The position numbers and the translations under genes are program-made. A stretch of 61,974 nucleotides of DNA, filler included. It is 11 parts of 11 records of this genome, joined end to end, with 100 filler letters (N's around TTAATTAATTAA, not from the genome) between each part and the next. Parts side by side here need not be neighbours in the genome. Positions count along the whole stretch, not along the records: positions 7,599 to 13,834 come from SRR7504441_3071; positions 13,935 to 20,534 come from SRR7504441_3074; positions 20,635 to 27,369 come from SRR7504441_3078; 8 more parts are not named here. One strand, given 5' to 3'. Within the stretch, counting starts at the first letter, position 1. Each line of letters opens with the position of its first letter. A model generated the notes under the pieces. It had not been told where the DNA came from. It ran no database searches and saw only the letters and a program-made list of their open reading frames with translations. This document shows positions 11,698 to 22,719 of the stretch, one piece after another.

Positions 11698-12225
11698 TCA
11701 TCGTTTAGGCTTGGACCGACTACTCCTGCCGGTTTTGCTATTCCCCGGGCCAATCACCAGTTGGTCTATCTTCCCCTCGAGCGATTGCCGCTCCTCCGCC
11801 TCCTCGCCCTCCGCCCCGGCCGGCCTCGCCCCCTTATTGAACCCCTTGAAGCTCTGCCGCCCCGCCCTCAGCCCAGCCCGCCCGCCGGCCCGCGCCTTCT
11901 TGACGCTTGGCCTAGACTTGCCCGCGCCTGCTCCCGGTCACACCGCCCACCCGCCCCGGCGCCTGGCTCGTCCGGCTTCTTGTGGTGCGCCGCCTGGATC
12001 GACCGTCCGCGCAGTCCTAGCGCCACCTCGTCCGGCGACGGCTGGTCGAACTGGAACCCGGGCCCGTCGCACCAGGCTGTCCGTTCCGCTCGGCGCGCCC
12101 GTGCCCGCCGCACCGGGCCAGAGGAAGTACTCGACGGGGACGGCGGGGGCGGCCGGCTGGCGCGGCTGCTCGGCCAGGCAGCGTGCCAGCAGCGACGGCT
12201 CGGCCCGCTCGGGTGGCCCGGCCAT
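11698..12225 (-). CDS. Small multi-exon protein with FQFDQPSPDEV motif (SKI7/HBS1L-like exosome-binding motif candidate)
   Basis: ATG at 12225 head-to-head with RBFA; short GT-AG introns; motif recognised by eye. Confidence 0.4.
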
Positions 12226-12295
12226 CCGACGCCCCCCGATGCGGCCTCCTCAGCGGGCGGCGCCGTGACGCCTGAAATGCCGTTATCCGGAGCGA

Positions 12296-12920
12296 ATGCT
12301 CCGGGGTGTGTCCGCCAGGGTGTGGCCGCGGCTGGTGGCGGGCTGGGCGGTGCGGCGGTGCGGCTCGGACCAGTCAGCGGCGGAGGTGCGGGCCTGGCCG
12401 CCTGGCCGAGTGCCGGGCAGGTGGCTTGGACCCGGGCGCAGGGGGCGCTGTTCCCACCTGACGTCCGGCGCCCGCCGCCCGGCAGAGTGGCCTCCCCGCG
12501 GCAGCACCGAGTGGCGCACTCGATCAGCGCAGCGCTCAACCAAGCGCTCGGCTCGGACAAGGCGCCCGCCCCGCCCGGGCCGCGGCCATAGCCCGGGATA
12601 GTTGGGTGATCGAGGTCTGAGGACCGCCCGCGAGTCCGGGGCCGGTGCCAGCGGGGGCGGGCCGGGCCAGCGGGGGGGCAGGGGCGCACGTGGTAGCGGT
12701 GCGGTGCAGCCCGGACCTTCGGCACGCGGTGTGTTTGTGGACCTGCCGGAAGACGTCGGAGGGGCACGTGAGCAAGGGGTTGAAGCGGAGCCAGAAGGCG
12801 CTGCGGTATATTGTGGCTCAACGGCTCAAGCTTAAATACGCCCCGGCGCTCAGCTTTGAGTTCTGCGACGCCGAGCAGGCGCAGCGAGTGGTTGAGGCGT
12901 TCGAGCACGACAGCAATTGA
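12296..12920 (+). CDS. RBFA: Organellar (probably mitochondrial) ribosome-binding factor A; 3 introns including GC-AG 12562-12601
   Basis: Arg-rich N-terminal presequence; RQHRVAHSI, VAVRCSPDLRHA, LRYIVAQRLKLKYAPALSFEF. Confidence 0.75.
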
Positions 12921-12985
12921 TGCGTACGTACTCGTACAGTACCTTTTCACGGTGTCAACTATTTTATGTTTGGTTTATGCAACGT

Positions 12986-13834
12986 TCAGTCTAGTATCAA
13001 TTTTCCCAACTCAAACACTGGCTTCTTAGGCTTCAGCCGATCCAGCGCCGACCGGCTCTTGCTGTGCCTGCTAGCAGAGGTCGAAGGTCGAGACTGCACC
13101 CGTGAGCTCGACCGCACGCCCGGTGTCTTGGGGTGCTCAATCATCGCTCGCTTCACCGGCTCCCGCGCACAGCCGGCCTGCTTAAAGCTCCGCTCCTGCT
13201 TGAGCCACCGCTGGATCCTGCGCTGGCCGCCTGGGGAGAGGAATCCGTTATCTAGCGACGACATGAAGCTTTGCGAGGTCTTGGGTCGCCGGCTTGTGGG
13301 CCTAGTGCTGGCCAGGCCGGCCCCAGTCACTCCGAGCTCGCTTTTGATCCGGTCCATGTACTCGCCAAACTGTATCACATCGCTCTCCCGGGGCAAAAAG
13401 GGTCCACCCAGCAGGGGCGGGACTGGCTCAGATTCTGATGGGGCGGCCTGGGCCTGGTCCCACAGCTCGTGCAGCACTGCCGTGGCCCTCTCGGAGGGCT
13501 GCTGGGCCTGGGGGGCGCCAAACCCCTCGTCGAACTCGAAGCTGATCTTCCGTTGGTTTGCCAGCAGCCACCCTATGCCCTCTAACTCTATTTTGACCGG
13601 TTTGCCGGCCTGGCAGCTCTGGCCTATCTGCCCCCGCGATGCGCGTCCCCCGCCGAGCGGCAGCGGTATGGCCCGGGATGCACCCCGCGAGATGGCCGAC
13701 AAACGGCCAGCGTTCCGACCGGCCCGCAACGTGCTTTCGCGGCCCCAGACCGCCGCCCCGGCCCCGCAGCTGGCGGAGGACTGCTCGGCCCACCAGCTGG
13801 TGGCGGGTGGAGAGCGGCTGATTTGAATGGCTCT
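12986..13834 (-). CDS. Uncharacterised low-complexity protein, possibly 5'-truncated by the spacer
   Basis: 247-aa ORF converging on RBFA across an AT-rich gap; no family recognised. Confidence 0.45.
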   Translation of the reverse strand, partial: RAIQISRSPPATSWWAEQSSASCGAGAAVWGRESTLRAGRNAGRLSAISRGASRAIPLPLGGGRASRGQIGQSCQAGKPVKIELEGIGWLLANQRKISFEFDEGFGAPQAQQPSERATAVLHELWDQAQAAPSESEPVPPLLGGPFLPRESDVIQFGEYMDRIKSELGVTGAGLASTRPTSRRPKTSQSFMSSLDNGFLSPGGQRRIQRWLKQERSFKQAGCAREPVKRAMIEHPKTPGVRSSSRVQSRPSTSASRHSKSRSALDRLKPKKPVFELGKLILD

Positions 13835-13934
13835 NNNNNNNNNNNNNNNNNNNNNNNNNNNNNNNNNNNNNNNNNNNNTTAATTAATTAANNNNNNNNNN
13901 NNNNNNNNNNNNNNNNNNNNNNNNNNNNNNNNNN

Positions 13935-14160
13935 GCTCAAGAATCTTCTGCACCGGATTGACCACAGCCGAGGTGACTTGTACAAGCGATACAAGGTCGA
14001 GGAGGCGCCCGATCTCTCGGGAATGGACGCCGAGCAGATCCATAGCCTGGAGGAGGCGCTCAACATGCGCGAGGCCAGGTTGGACTATACGCCGGGCAGC
14101 CGGGCCAAGGTCCAAGTTGAGGATCATGCAGACCCCGCCTACCGCCCTCTCACGGGCTAG
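13935..14160 (+). CDS. 3' fragment of an uncharacterised gene
   Basis: GC3-biased open frame from the contig start, followed by AT-rich UTR-like sequence. Confidence 0.45.
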
Positions 14161-14511
14161 TTTCTCTTGCTATCCGATCACACATCTAGATATACTGCGT
14201 AGTAACTATCAGAGATAGTCTAGATAGAGACGTAGAAAATTATGGGCATGCGGGACTTCGATTGAATTTGAGCGCCATGCCATAGGAAAGCCACGACAAG
14301 TTATGTACTTGTACAGGATACCGGATAATAGTAACCGTGAATACAAATATACGTACGCAATTACATGTAGTCAATTTCATCAATCGGAAATATCATCCAT
14401 TTACGCATATCGCCCCACGTCGCCCTGCATGGCCGTGGTAGCACCGTACGGCACATGCACCATGATGATGATAACCGTGATGATAAGTCTCAAGCGTCGA
14501 CCTCGGATCTA

Positions 14512-16396
14512 CTAGGCTCTCTTGTTGGGGCTGTTCATCACTGCATCGATCACCTTCTGGGCCTCCTTGCCCTCCTGCGGCGATCTGCAACTCTTCACGA
14601 GCTGCCTCAGGTGCGCCATCAACGGCTCACTCGCCTCAAACTCATCCGGCTCGGCCTCCGCCAGCGCCTCGAGTACCTTGAGCGCCGGCATCTGCAGCGG
14701 CGGGTGGGCCATGACAAGCCTGAGCAGCCGGTCGAGCACGCCTTGCTGCATCAGCGCCCGACCGGCCACCCGGTCGGCCTGGAGCATCATGAGCATCTCC
14801 CTGAACAACTGATCAAACTGGAGCAGCGACCGAGGCGTGAGCGAGTGCTCAAAGTCCACGAACGACGAGGTCCAAAGCTGCTCCGCCAGCCTGGGCGAGC
14901 CCGGAGTGACTGGCAGCACAGCTGGATCAACCTCCGGATCAAGGATGCTTACAGCTGACTCATCAGGGAGCGTTCGAAACAGCTGCTCGGCTTTGTCGGC
15001 TAGTTTCCGGTCCACGGTGCGCGGAGTCCCCCACTGGCCCCAGCCCCAGGCGCTGAAGTCAACCTCGCCCGGCCCAGCTGGCGGTGGCTCTGGTAGCGAG
15101 GCTCTAGCCGGCTTGTGCTCCGAGGAGAGTTGCTGCAGGACCGCATCCAAGTGCTTTCGCGGGGTGGACGAGGCCGAGACAGGTAACATCGGGCTGTTGT
15201 GCATGGCGCACCAAATGTGCCCGAGCAGCTCAACGCTGCCCCTCACCACCGCAGCCGCCTCTGATAGCCCAACTAGGTCTGACCAGCGGCCAGCGCACCA
15301 GCCGGCCTGCCGCATTTGCCCGGGGTCCAGTAGAAACAGCTGTCCGTTGTGCTCGAACCCGATCTCGCCGTCCCAACAGAACTCGGTCCCAGGGTGTCCC
15401 AGCAATCTTATGCCTTCCGTGCTGGCCTGGCCCCGCCACAGTGGCTCTCCGCAGAACCCGACCACTGCTGACCCGCTGCGCACCACCAGAGCCCCCACCT
15501 GCCACACCCACTCACCCCGCCCTCTCAGCGGGCCGCACCACCCCTGCAGGGACCCGAGACTCACTCACGAGATTGGCCACCAGCACTGGCCCAGCGGGAG
15601 CCAACCCATCCAGCTCCAGCCACCTGCACCAGCCCGTCAGCCGCCCCCCGGATCCGGCGCACCCCGGTCCGCTCTCCCCGTGGCCCAGCTGCACCGATTC
15701 CCCCACCCGAAACCCGCCCGCTGGCACTCGCACCACTACTGTCTGTTGCTCGATGCTCGCTGGCTCGCCCATGCGTACAAGATCGTCCAACTCCCCGTCA
15801 TACCCCCAGTCCGAGCTCGGACCGGCCATCCGAACACTTGCCGCAATCAGACCGACCGCGCTGTCCGGCTCAACGGTTGCCCCCGGCTCGTCGGGCTGGT
15901 GCTCAGCGACCGGGCTGCCCAGCTCGGCCTGCCGCTGCTCCAACTCGGCGAACGTGGCCCGCATATCGACCGACCGCCGGCCGGTGTTCGGCGGCGACGG
16001 CAGCTGGGCGCACAGCCGGGGCTTGGGCCGGCCGCTAGCCGGGGCTGGGCTGGCAGGCGCCGGCTCTGGACTGGCCGAGGCGGATGTGCCGCGCCAACCG
16101 GCGGCCCACTCGTCTCGGTCGATCACGCCGTCCCGGTTGGCGTCCAGTTGGTCGAACAGCTGTGGCGGGGTGCCCGGGGGGGAGGCCAGCTCGCGGAGCC
16201 GCTCGAGCGATCTGTGGATCTTGCGGGTGCTCTGGGCCAGCCCGAGCGGCGGGAGAACCCCGGTGTGGAGCATGGCCGCGAACTCGGCCCGGTCGGACGC
16301 CCCGCTCTGGTCGGTCAGCTCGAACAGCGCGTTGGTCTCGGCCAGGTCCTGGTACAGCTGCTGCCGGCGGGCTGGCGACTCCGCTGACGACTCCAT
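14512..16396 (-). CDS. EF-hand-containing protein with C-terminal ARM-like helices, multi-exon
   Basis: LFDQLDANRDGVIDRDEW is a canonical EF-hand; helical C-terminus LMQQGVLDRLLRLV. Confidence 0.6.
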
Positions 16397-16803
16397 GCCA
16401 GAACAGCTCGAAAACGGCAACTGCCAGATCCACCTGCCAGTTGAACCAGTGCTCCGCAGTGCTCATCAGCCGCCGGCGAGTTAGCGAGAAAGGACGCCAG
16501 CATAGGCACGACGTACGACATCGTGAGCGAGCTCGAGGCGTTGCGGCGAGCAAACGTGACTTTGGTCGATGGCAGTGGCAACGCTGGGACGATTATTCGC
16601 AGGGTGCGCCTGAAACAGCAACTGTGACACGGGTGTACTCGTAGCCACTGCGCCATTGTACCCATTGAAGCCCGAAGCACAGAACATATAAGGCAACACA
16701 AGGAGCTACCCTAGAGGCAGCCAAGCTGAGGCTGCTGGCCCCAATAAACATGCTTCGATGTCAACAATGATTTAGTTTAGCCCAAAGCCGGTGCATCAAA
16801 TAC

Positions 16804-17738
16804 TCATTCAACTGCATCTTTGGGCTTGGCGTCTGGATGCTCTTCGCCGCGGGCAGTCTCGAGCATCCTGAGCACGAACTCCTCAAAGTCGGTATCCTGG
16901 TCCAGCCTGCCCCAACCCTCGCGCCGGCCCCACACCCGGCCGCCACCGTTGCTCGAGAGCGCTTGCGGGTTCCCGCGCTGCCACCACGCCGCGAATCACC
17001 TGCCGGCCGCTCGCCCCCGCCCGTGCTACGGCGTGCCTGCTGCAGCCGGGGATCCTGCACTAAACCCTTCACAAACTCGCTCCGACGGAGTGCCTGCGCG
17101 GTCTGTTCATCCAGCTCCGCTATCCCATCAAGCTCAACAGCTGCCAGCCGCGGCTGCTTGGCCGGCGGCGGGACCGCATCCCCGGCCCAGCCCGCCAGCC
17201 GCTCCCGGGACTCGGCCTCGCAGGCCATCAGCCGAGCTTCCTCCTCCGGATCGGCTGGCAGGCTCCGCCGGATTTGGCCATCTGCCGGGCTGGTGAGTTC
17301 AGCGAGCACAACTGTGACAGTGGTCTTCTCGTTCGTCCCAACGTGCGCGCTCAGCTCGTCCGCGCCCGGCCGCACCCGGCCCATGATCCAGAGCGCCGCC
17401 CGTTCCGGCTCTACCCCGCCCGGCCCGGCTGCGGCCGCGCACTCGGCCGGCCCGTGCTCGCTCAGCTGGTCCAGGCAGAGCCGAAGCTGCTCGGGGCTGA
17501 CCGACCGCTTCTGGCCCGGGGCGCTCACTGAGCTGAGCTCGAGCCCCTGCAGGCAGAGCTGGGCGGCTTCCGGTGCCAATTGAGGGCCGGCCGATAGCTG
17601 GTTGACCAGTCGGAGCAGCCGGAGCCGGGTGTTGTGCGCCTCGGCGGCCCGGCGGGAGGCCTCGGCCACTGTGACGCTCCCGGGGCACTCGAGCAGCAGC
17701 CGGTGCGCCGCGCTGTGCTTGACATGCAGCATCACCAT
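16804..17738 (-). CDS. CFAP298 (C21orf59)-like protein with C-terminal ZNHIT3/Hit1-like helical domain; 2 introns (GC-AG 17000-17036)
   Basis: MVMLHVKH...HNTRLRL and AALWIMGR...LSAHVGTNEKTTV resemble CFAP298. Spliced tail reads LRRSEFVKGLVQDPRLQQVIRGV...DTDFEEFVLRML. Confidence 0.65.
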
Positions 17739-17840
17739 GGTGCTGTCGCGCGGTGAGCGCCCGACGGTGTGAACGCCAGGATTTGGCGACTCGTTTTCCT
17801 GCGAGCAGTGACCAGCTCACTTTCCCTGAACGGCCCAACA

Positions 17841-19499
17841 ATGCCGAGCAGTCCCAAGAACAACCTGTGGTACGGCCGGCGCAACCGGCGCAAAGCGAGC
17901 TCCAGCCTCTGGTGCGCCAGCGGGCGGCTCGATCCGTCAGCCGGGCCCAGGATGGACCGCCGGGTGCTCATGGCCCTGGCGCTGCTGCTGCTGCTGCTCG
18001 TGCTGCTCAACAGAGACCGTCTCGCAGCCGCGGTCGTGGCCGGCAAGGAGGCGCCCGGCCGGGCTGGCCGGGGCTCAGGCCGGCCAGGCGGTGCTCGCGA
18101 TGCTCCAGGCGGCTGAGCGGTTCGCCAAGCACGCCGACCAGAACTCACCGCTCGGGGTGCGACGGGGCTGGCCGCCCTGCCAACCCGGGGGCAGGAGAGC
18201 CTGCCGGTTGCGCCCTTGTTCATCCTGGCCATGTGCGGGCGGGTGCGGGGGCGGGCCCACTGGTGGACAGGTACGTGATCTCCTGCGTGTTCCTGCTCCC
18301 GCTGTTTGGGTTCCATTCCGTCTCCGGGTGCGGGCTGATAATGTTGGTCCGGAGCTCGGGCAGGTATCTGTACGGCACTGTCCGCGGGGCGCTGCTGGTG
18401 ACTGTCTCCCAGACAGTGGGAGCCACCTGCTGCTTCTACCTCGCAAGGTCGCTCGCCCGGCCGCACGCGCTGAGTCTGATGCAGATGGGTCGCCAAGGCC
18501 TTTCTCACTGGTGGCTGGCGCGGCCACCCCGCTGACCTGCGCTCCAGGCTGGCTGGAGCGGCGCTGGGGCGCCAAGTACCAGGCCATCAACAGCGCAATC
18601 GCCCAGGTCAGTGGCCCGGGCCGCATCAGCCAGCCTGGAGCGCAGGATTCTTTCAAGTTCACTTTCCTCATGCGGCTCTCCCCGGTGGGCTGGCCCGGGC
18701 CCACAGCTGAGCCGCCGGCAGGTGATCCCGTTCTCGCTGACCAATTACGTCGCCGGCATCAATCCGAACGTGACCCCCCGAGCCAGCCTGCTGGATGCCT
18801 GCTCGCTCAGCTGTACCGTTTTAGGTGCCTGTGGGCAAGTACGCCGCCGGCACTTGGCTCGGTGGGCCGCATTCCGTGCGCCGGCTGACGGTCTGCAGGG
18901 ATTGCGCCGGGGACAACTTTCTATGTGGGACTTGGGCACGTGATGCGAATGGTGTGTTTTGAGATGGGCTGTGAGAGAACTGGGCACTGGACAGGTCGAA
19001 GAGAATCAAATGAGTAAGGACGACCAGGAAGGTACCGCGCTCCCGGCCCAGTGGCTGATTGGGACCGGCAGGCTTTGCTAAGTACAAGTTCTACCTGGTG
19101 ACCAAGGGCGATCGATGGTGATCCGGCTGATATGGGCAGTTAGGTGGGAGCCGGGCTGATCGGCACCGCTAAGCTGCTGCACATGGCGGCGCAGCGCGCG
19201 ACCAAGCTGCTCAAAGAGGTGCGTGAGCACTGTGGGAGGCGGTAATGGTTGTGCTAAGCTAAACGAGCAGGCGGGATTCGATGACGAGGCACACGAGGAG
19301 TCCAATTGAGCGTTACAGTAATAACTGTATTAGCTCTCAGAGCCGGCTAACGTCATCTAGTCGCTCTCGGAGCGCTTTGAGATCGCAAAGCACAACGTCG
19401 TCCGGTTCAACTGTATTTGCTAATATTTTGTTGTGGCCATGCGCCCGTGATTTTGTGCCGCTAAACATGCTGTTACCGGCTATCTACCGGCTATCGTGA
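17841..19499 (+). CDS. VTT-domain (TVP38/TMEM64, SNARE-associated Golgi) membrane protein, many introns
   Basis: SGRYLYGTVRGALLVTVSQTVGATCCFYLARSL and FTFLMRLSP|VIPFSLTNYVAG. Confidence 0.75.
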
Positions 19500-19728
19500 T
19501 CGTCGTGATCAATTGACTACATGTAATATATATACGTGCTGCTGCCGTGGTCCCTTGCTAGCAAACTACACAAGTACTAGCAAATGAGGCCGCGAGCTCA
19601 ACGCTCTTAGCTCTCGCCAAACTCTCTCGAAGCTAATTATAATTGAGGCTCCCTGCAGTTCCGCTCCCTCAAGATGAGCCTCGACGAGACGCAGATCCAA
19701 GATTGAGCCCGGCCGCTGGAACCCGACG

Positions 19729-20364
19729 GTGCACGAGCTCGGGGTACTCACCGTGTTCGAGCCACCGCTCCCGGCCAACCCCCGGCCCGGCTCGGCCCGC
19801 GTCACCGCCTCCCAAGTCTCGGGTCGCGCCCCGACAAACCTCTTCAGGCCGCGGCCCAGGCTGGACTCGGACCGGCCGCAGATGCCGCGCCCGCCCCGGC
19901 TGAGCTTCCAGCGGGAGCGGTTCTTCGCCGAGCTCCAGCAGAACTCGCACGCCAACGCTCGCGGCCGGCGCAAGCCGGGCAGCCCGCAGCCGGAGCGCGG
20001 GGGGCGGATGCTCGAGGGATTCGCCGGGCGCAAGCTGCTCAGCCGAGAGGGGGACCGGGCGCCGGGGGACGGGTTTGTGCGGCCGCGGCTGAGAGTGGCC
20101 CAGCCCTTCCTGCCTCGGGCCAAGACGGCGCCGCCGGCCAAAACGACCTTCACGCCGCTGGCTGGGCCGAGCGTGATCACACTGGGGCCCGGCGAAGGTG
20201 GCAGCGCGGCCCCGTGGCGGAAGCAGCAGCAGCAGTACATAGAGATGCGGATCATGGGCGAGATCCACCACAAGGAGCTCGGGAGCATGAAGCAGGAGCT
20301 GATGCAGGTCAGGCGGATGCTCGAGGCACACACCAGATCAGAGCAACAACGGAGCACCGTATAG
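19729..20364 (+). CDS. Uncharacterised protein with C-terminal coiled coil (start uncertain)
   Basis: GC3-biased ORF, AATAAA just downstream. Confidence 0.45.
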   Translation: MHELGVLTVFEPPLPANPRPGSARVTASQVSGRAPTNLFRPRPRLDSDRPQMPRPPRLSFQRERFFAELQQNSHANARGRRKPGSPQPERGGRMLEGFAGRKLLSREGDRAPGDGFVRPRLRVAQPFLPRAKTAPPAKTTFTPLAGPSVITLGPGEGGSAAPWRKQQQQYIEMRIMGEIHHKELGSMKQELMQVRRMLEAHTRSEQQRSTV

Positions 20365-21049
20365 CGCTTGCTCGTGCCAATAAACCATCAAGCAGCCACC
20401 TTTAAAGCGTATCGTCTAGTGAACCGTACTCCAGGACATACAAAGCATTGATCCGCACGCACAACATTTGGCGGAAACAACGAAACAACATTGACGAGGC
20501 CGGAAATTTACTACTTAGCTCTGATCTGGTGTGTNNNNNNNNNNNNNNNNNNNNNNNNNNNNNNNNNNNNNNNNNNNNTTAATTAATTAANNNNNNNNNN
20601 NNNNNNNNNNNNNNNNNNNNNNNNNNNNNNNNNNCGTTCCCGAGGTCCACGCCGTCAGACTATCAGATCCGCTGGCTGGCGCGCTGAAAGAGGTCTCGAC
20701 AAGCTCATAGATCTCGATGCCTCGGTAGCCGCTAAGTGTATATGAATGATCAATCACCACGCACTGCATAATAAATTACATGTACCGGCGTACAGCATCA
20801 TGATTGATCTGATTAATGAGATCAAACTCGTACGTGTTATAAGTCTGCAATCCTAGCTACGAGTTCGTCTAATCCACCCTCAGCGCAGCGCAATGCGAAT
20901 ATCTCCTCGATAAAGCGCACATTCTCTTGTCGAACCTTACAGCTACACAATCACAAAAAGTGCTCACAGCCACGGCACCTGCTGCGCAAACAGGCAGTAT
21001 TCCTGGTGCAGCCACTTGAACTGCGCAGGCTCAAGCCCCAACCTACCCC

Positions 21050-22643
21050 CGACTCACGACAAGCCATTGCGACAAATCACTCAGCTGCCCACCCGATCTG
21101 GTCCGCCTGATTCACTCGGTCCAGCCACTCCGGTTGGGCAATCGCCTGCAGATACCTCAGCGCCATCACCGCCATCCCTGTCCGGTGCCTGCAACACCCG
21201 TTGGCCACGCGAGCCAGTCCGACCAATCACCTGCCACCGTGGCAGCACAGCAGGACTGGCTGCCGGTCCTGCACCAGCGCCAGCCCGAGTAACTGAATCA
21301 AGTCGCGAGTGCCGCCGGTCGGAGCCGGATGGCCGCACTCTCTCTCTAGTCTCTCCTGATCCTGCTCTGGCAGGTGCTTCGTCTTGAGCGGCCGAGGCTC
21401 CGACGGGTCGCGGCCGTCCAGGTAGACCTGGCACTACTTAGATCGGCGACCAGATGCGAGGCACGCACTGGCTGCGGAGAGTACGGGTGAAAAACTTCTA
21501 TCCCAAGCTCCAGGCTTGCGGCCAACAGCTGGAGCAGGTGATCGTCCTCGCGCTCTCCGCACCCGTAACCGGAACAATTCAAATACAAAATCCTGGCCGG
21601 CGGCGGCAGCCCAGAGAGTTTGAGTATCTACAGAGTAGGTCACAGCTACCTAGGCTCACACCGGACCTGCAGCACCCGCAGCAGTCCGTCGCGCCCGAGC
21701 CGGCCACTCCGGTACAGCGTGTGCCGGTTAGACTTGAGCACCAGCCCCAGATTATGGGGTCCCGGGGCCACAGCCCCCCTGGCCAGCGCATCCGGCGTGG
21801 ACTCGACCAGAGGGTCGGGAAGTCCTTGAGCCAAAGCTTCAGGCCCAAGCTGCGCCGGGTCACAACCGTGCCTCCGAACCGCCTTCCGGCAGCCACAGCA
21901 CGGCAGCCGGTGCTCTGTCGGCCACCAGTGGCAAGGCGTGCGCAGCTGAGTCAGGTGGGCGACAGAAGGCGGCCGCATGAGCTGCCAATCACCAGTTTCC
22001 GACATCGCGAGCTCAGTCACCTGTATCCCCTCCGCCCGGCGCCGACCAGGCACCCACCGAGCTGTAGAGTAGCTGCCGGCTGTATTCCCTGAATGACTCA
22101 CCGACTAAACGGACCGCCAGCTCCCGGATGGGCCCCTTGTGAGACACGATCACGAGGTCGGCCGCGCGGGCGCTCTGCACTGCCATTTCCATCCGATCGG
22201 CCACACTGTGGTTACTCTGTGCGTCGCCGGCGGCCAGCAGCGCGTCCAGGCTGAGCGTTTCGCTCCAGCCAGCCGCCGGGAGGAGCTGGGCTAGGCTCTC
22301 CGGCCCGGCCACCTGGCGCAAATGCCGGGAGGCCTCCTTGCTGAAGTGCTCTGACACCGCCCATGACCAGAGCACGGTCGCGCCTGCCGCCCGGATGGGG
22401 CATGTTCCACCGGGAGGGGCAACCGTCCAGCTGGGCGGCGATAGCGGCGGCGGTCTGGGCGGTTCGGAGGAGCGGCGATGCGAGCACCAGCGGGCCGGTG
22501 GGCAGCGCGCTGCACAGCCAGCCTGCGGTCTCCGAGGCCTGGGCGTGCCCGACTGCTGAGAGCGGTGGGTCTCCGCCCTCCCAGGTCGGCTGCAGGTGAT
22601 CCTGCCGCTCCCCGTGCCGCACCAGCCTCACCCGACGGGTCAT
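21050..22643 (-). CDS. Histidine phosphatase (phosphoglycerate mutase-like) with uncharacterised C-terminal extension, multi-exon; 3' end approximate
   Basis: LVRHGER, DPPLSAVGHAQA, ASPLLRTAQTA, IVSHKGPI. Confidence 0.75.
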
Positions 22644-22719
22644 CCCCCAGGCCAGGGTGCTGAGTGTTGCCGTTACTCCAGGTGGCAGATCCGGCCGCTC
22701 GTCTCCAGGTGCTCATCAC

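Noticed and set aside
8954-16484. Many long overlapping or antisense ORFs (e.g. 8954-9889, 14837-16387; also 57447-58766)
   Set aside because: Shadow ORFs expected from high GC and codon bias opposite real genes; no recognisable motifs.
19674-19730. Upstream ATG out of frame with the 19729 ORF, with TGA codons nearby
   Set aside because: No redox-motif context, SECIS or slippery site. An alternative start or sequence error is more likely than recoding.
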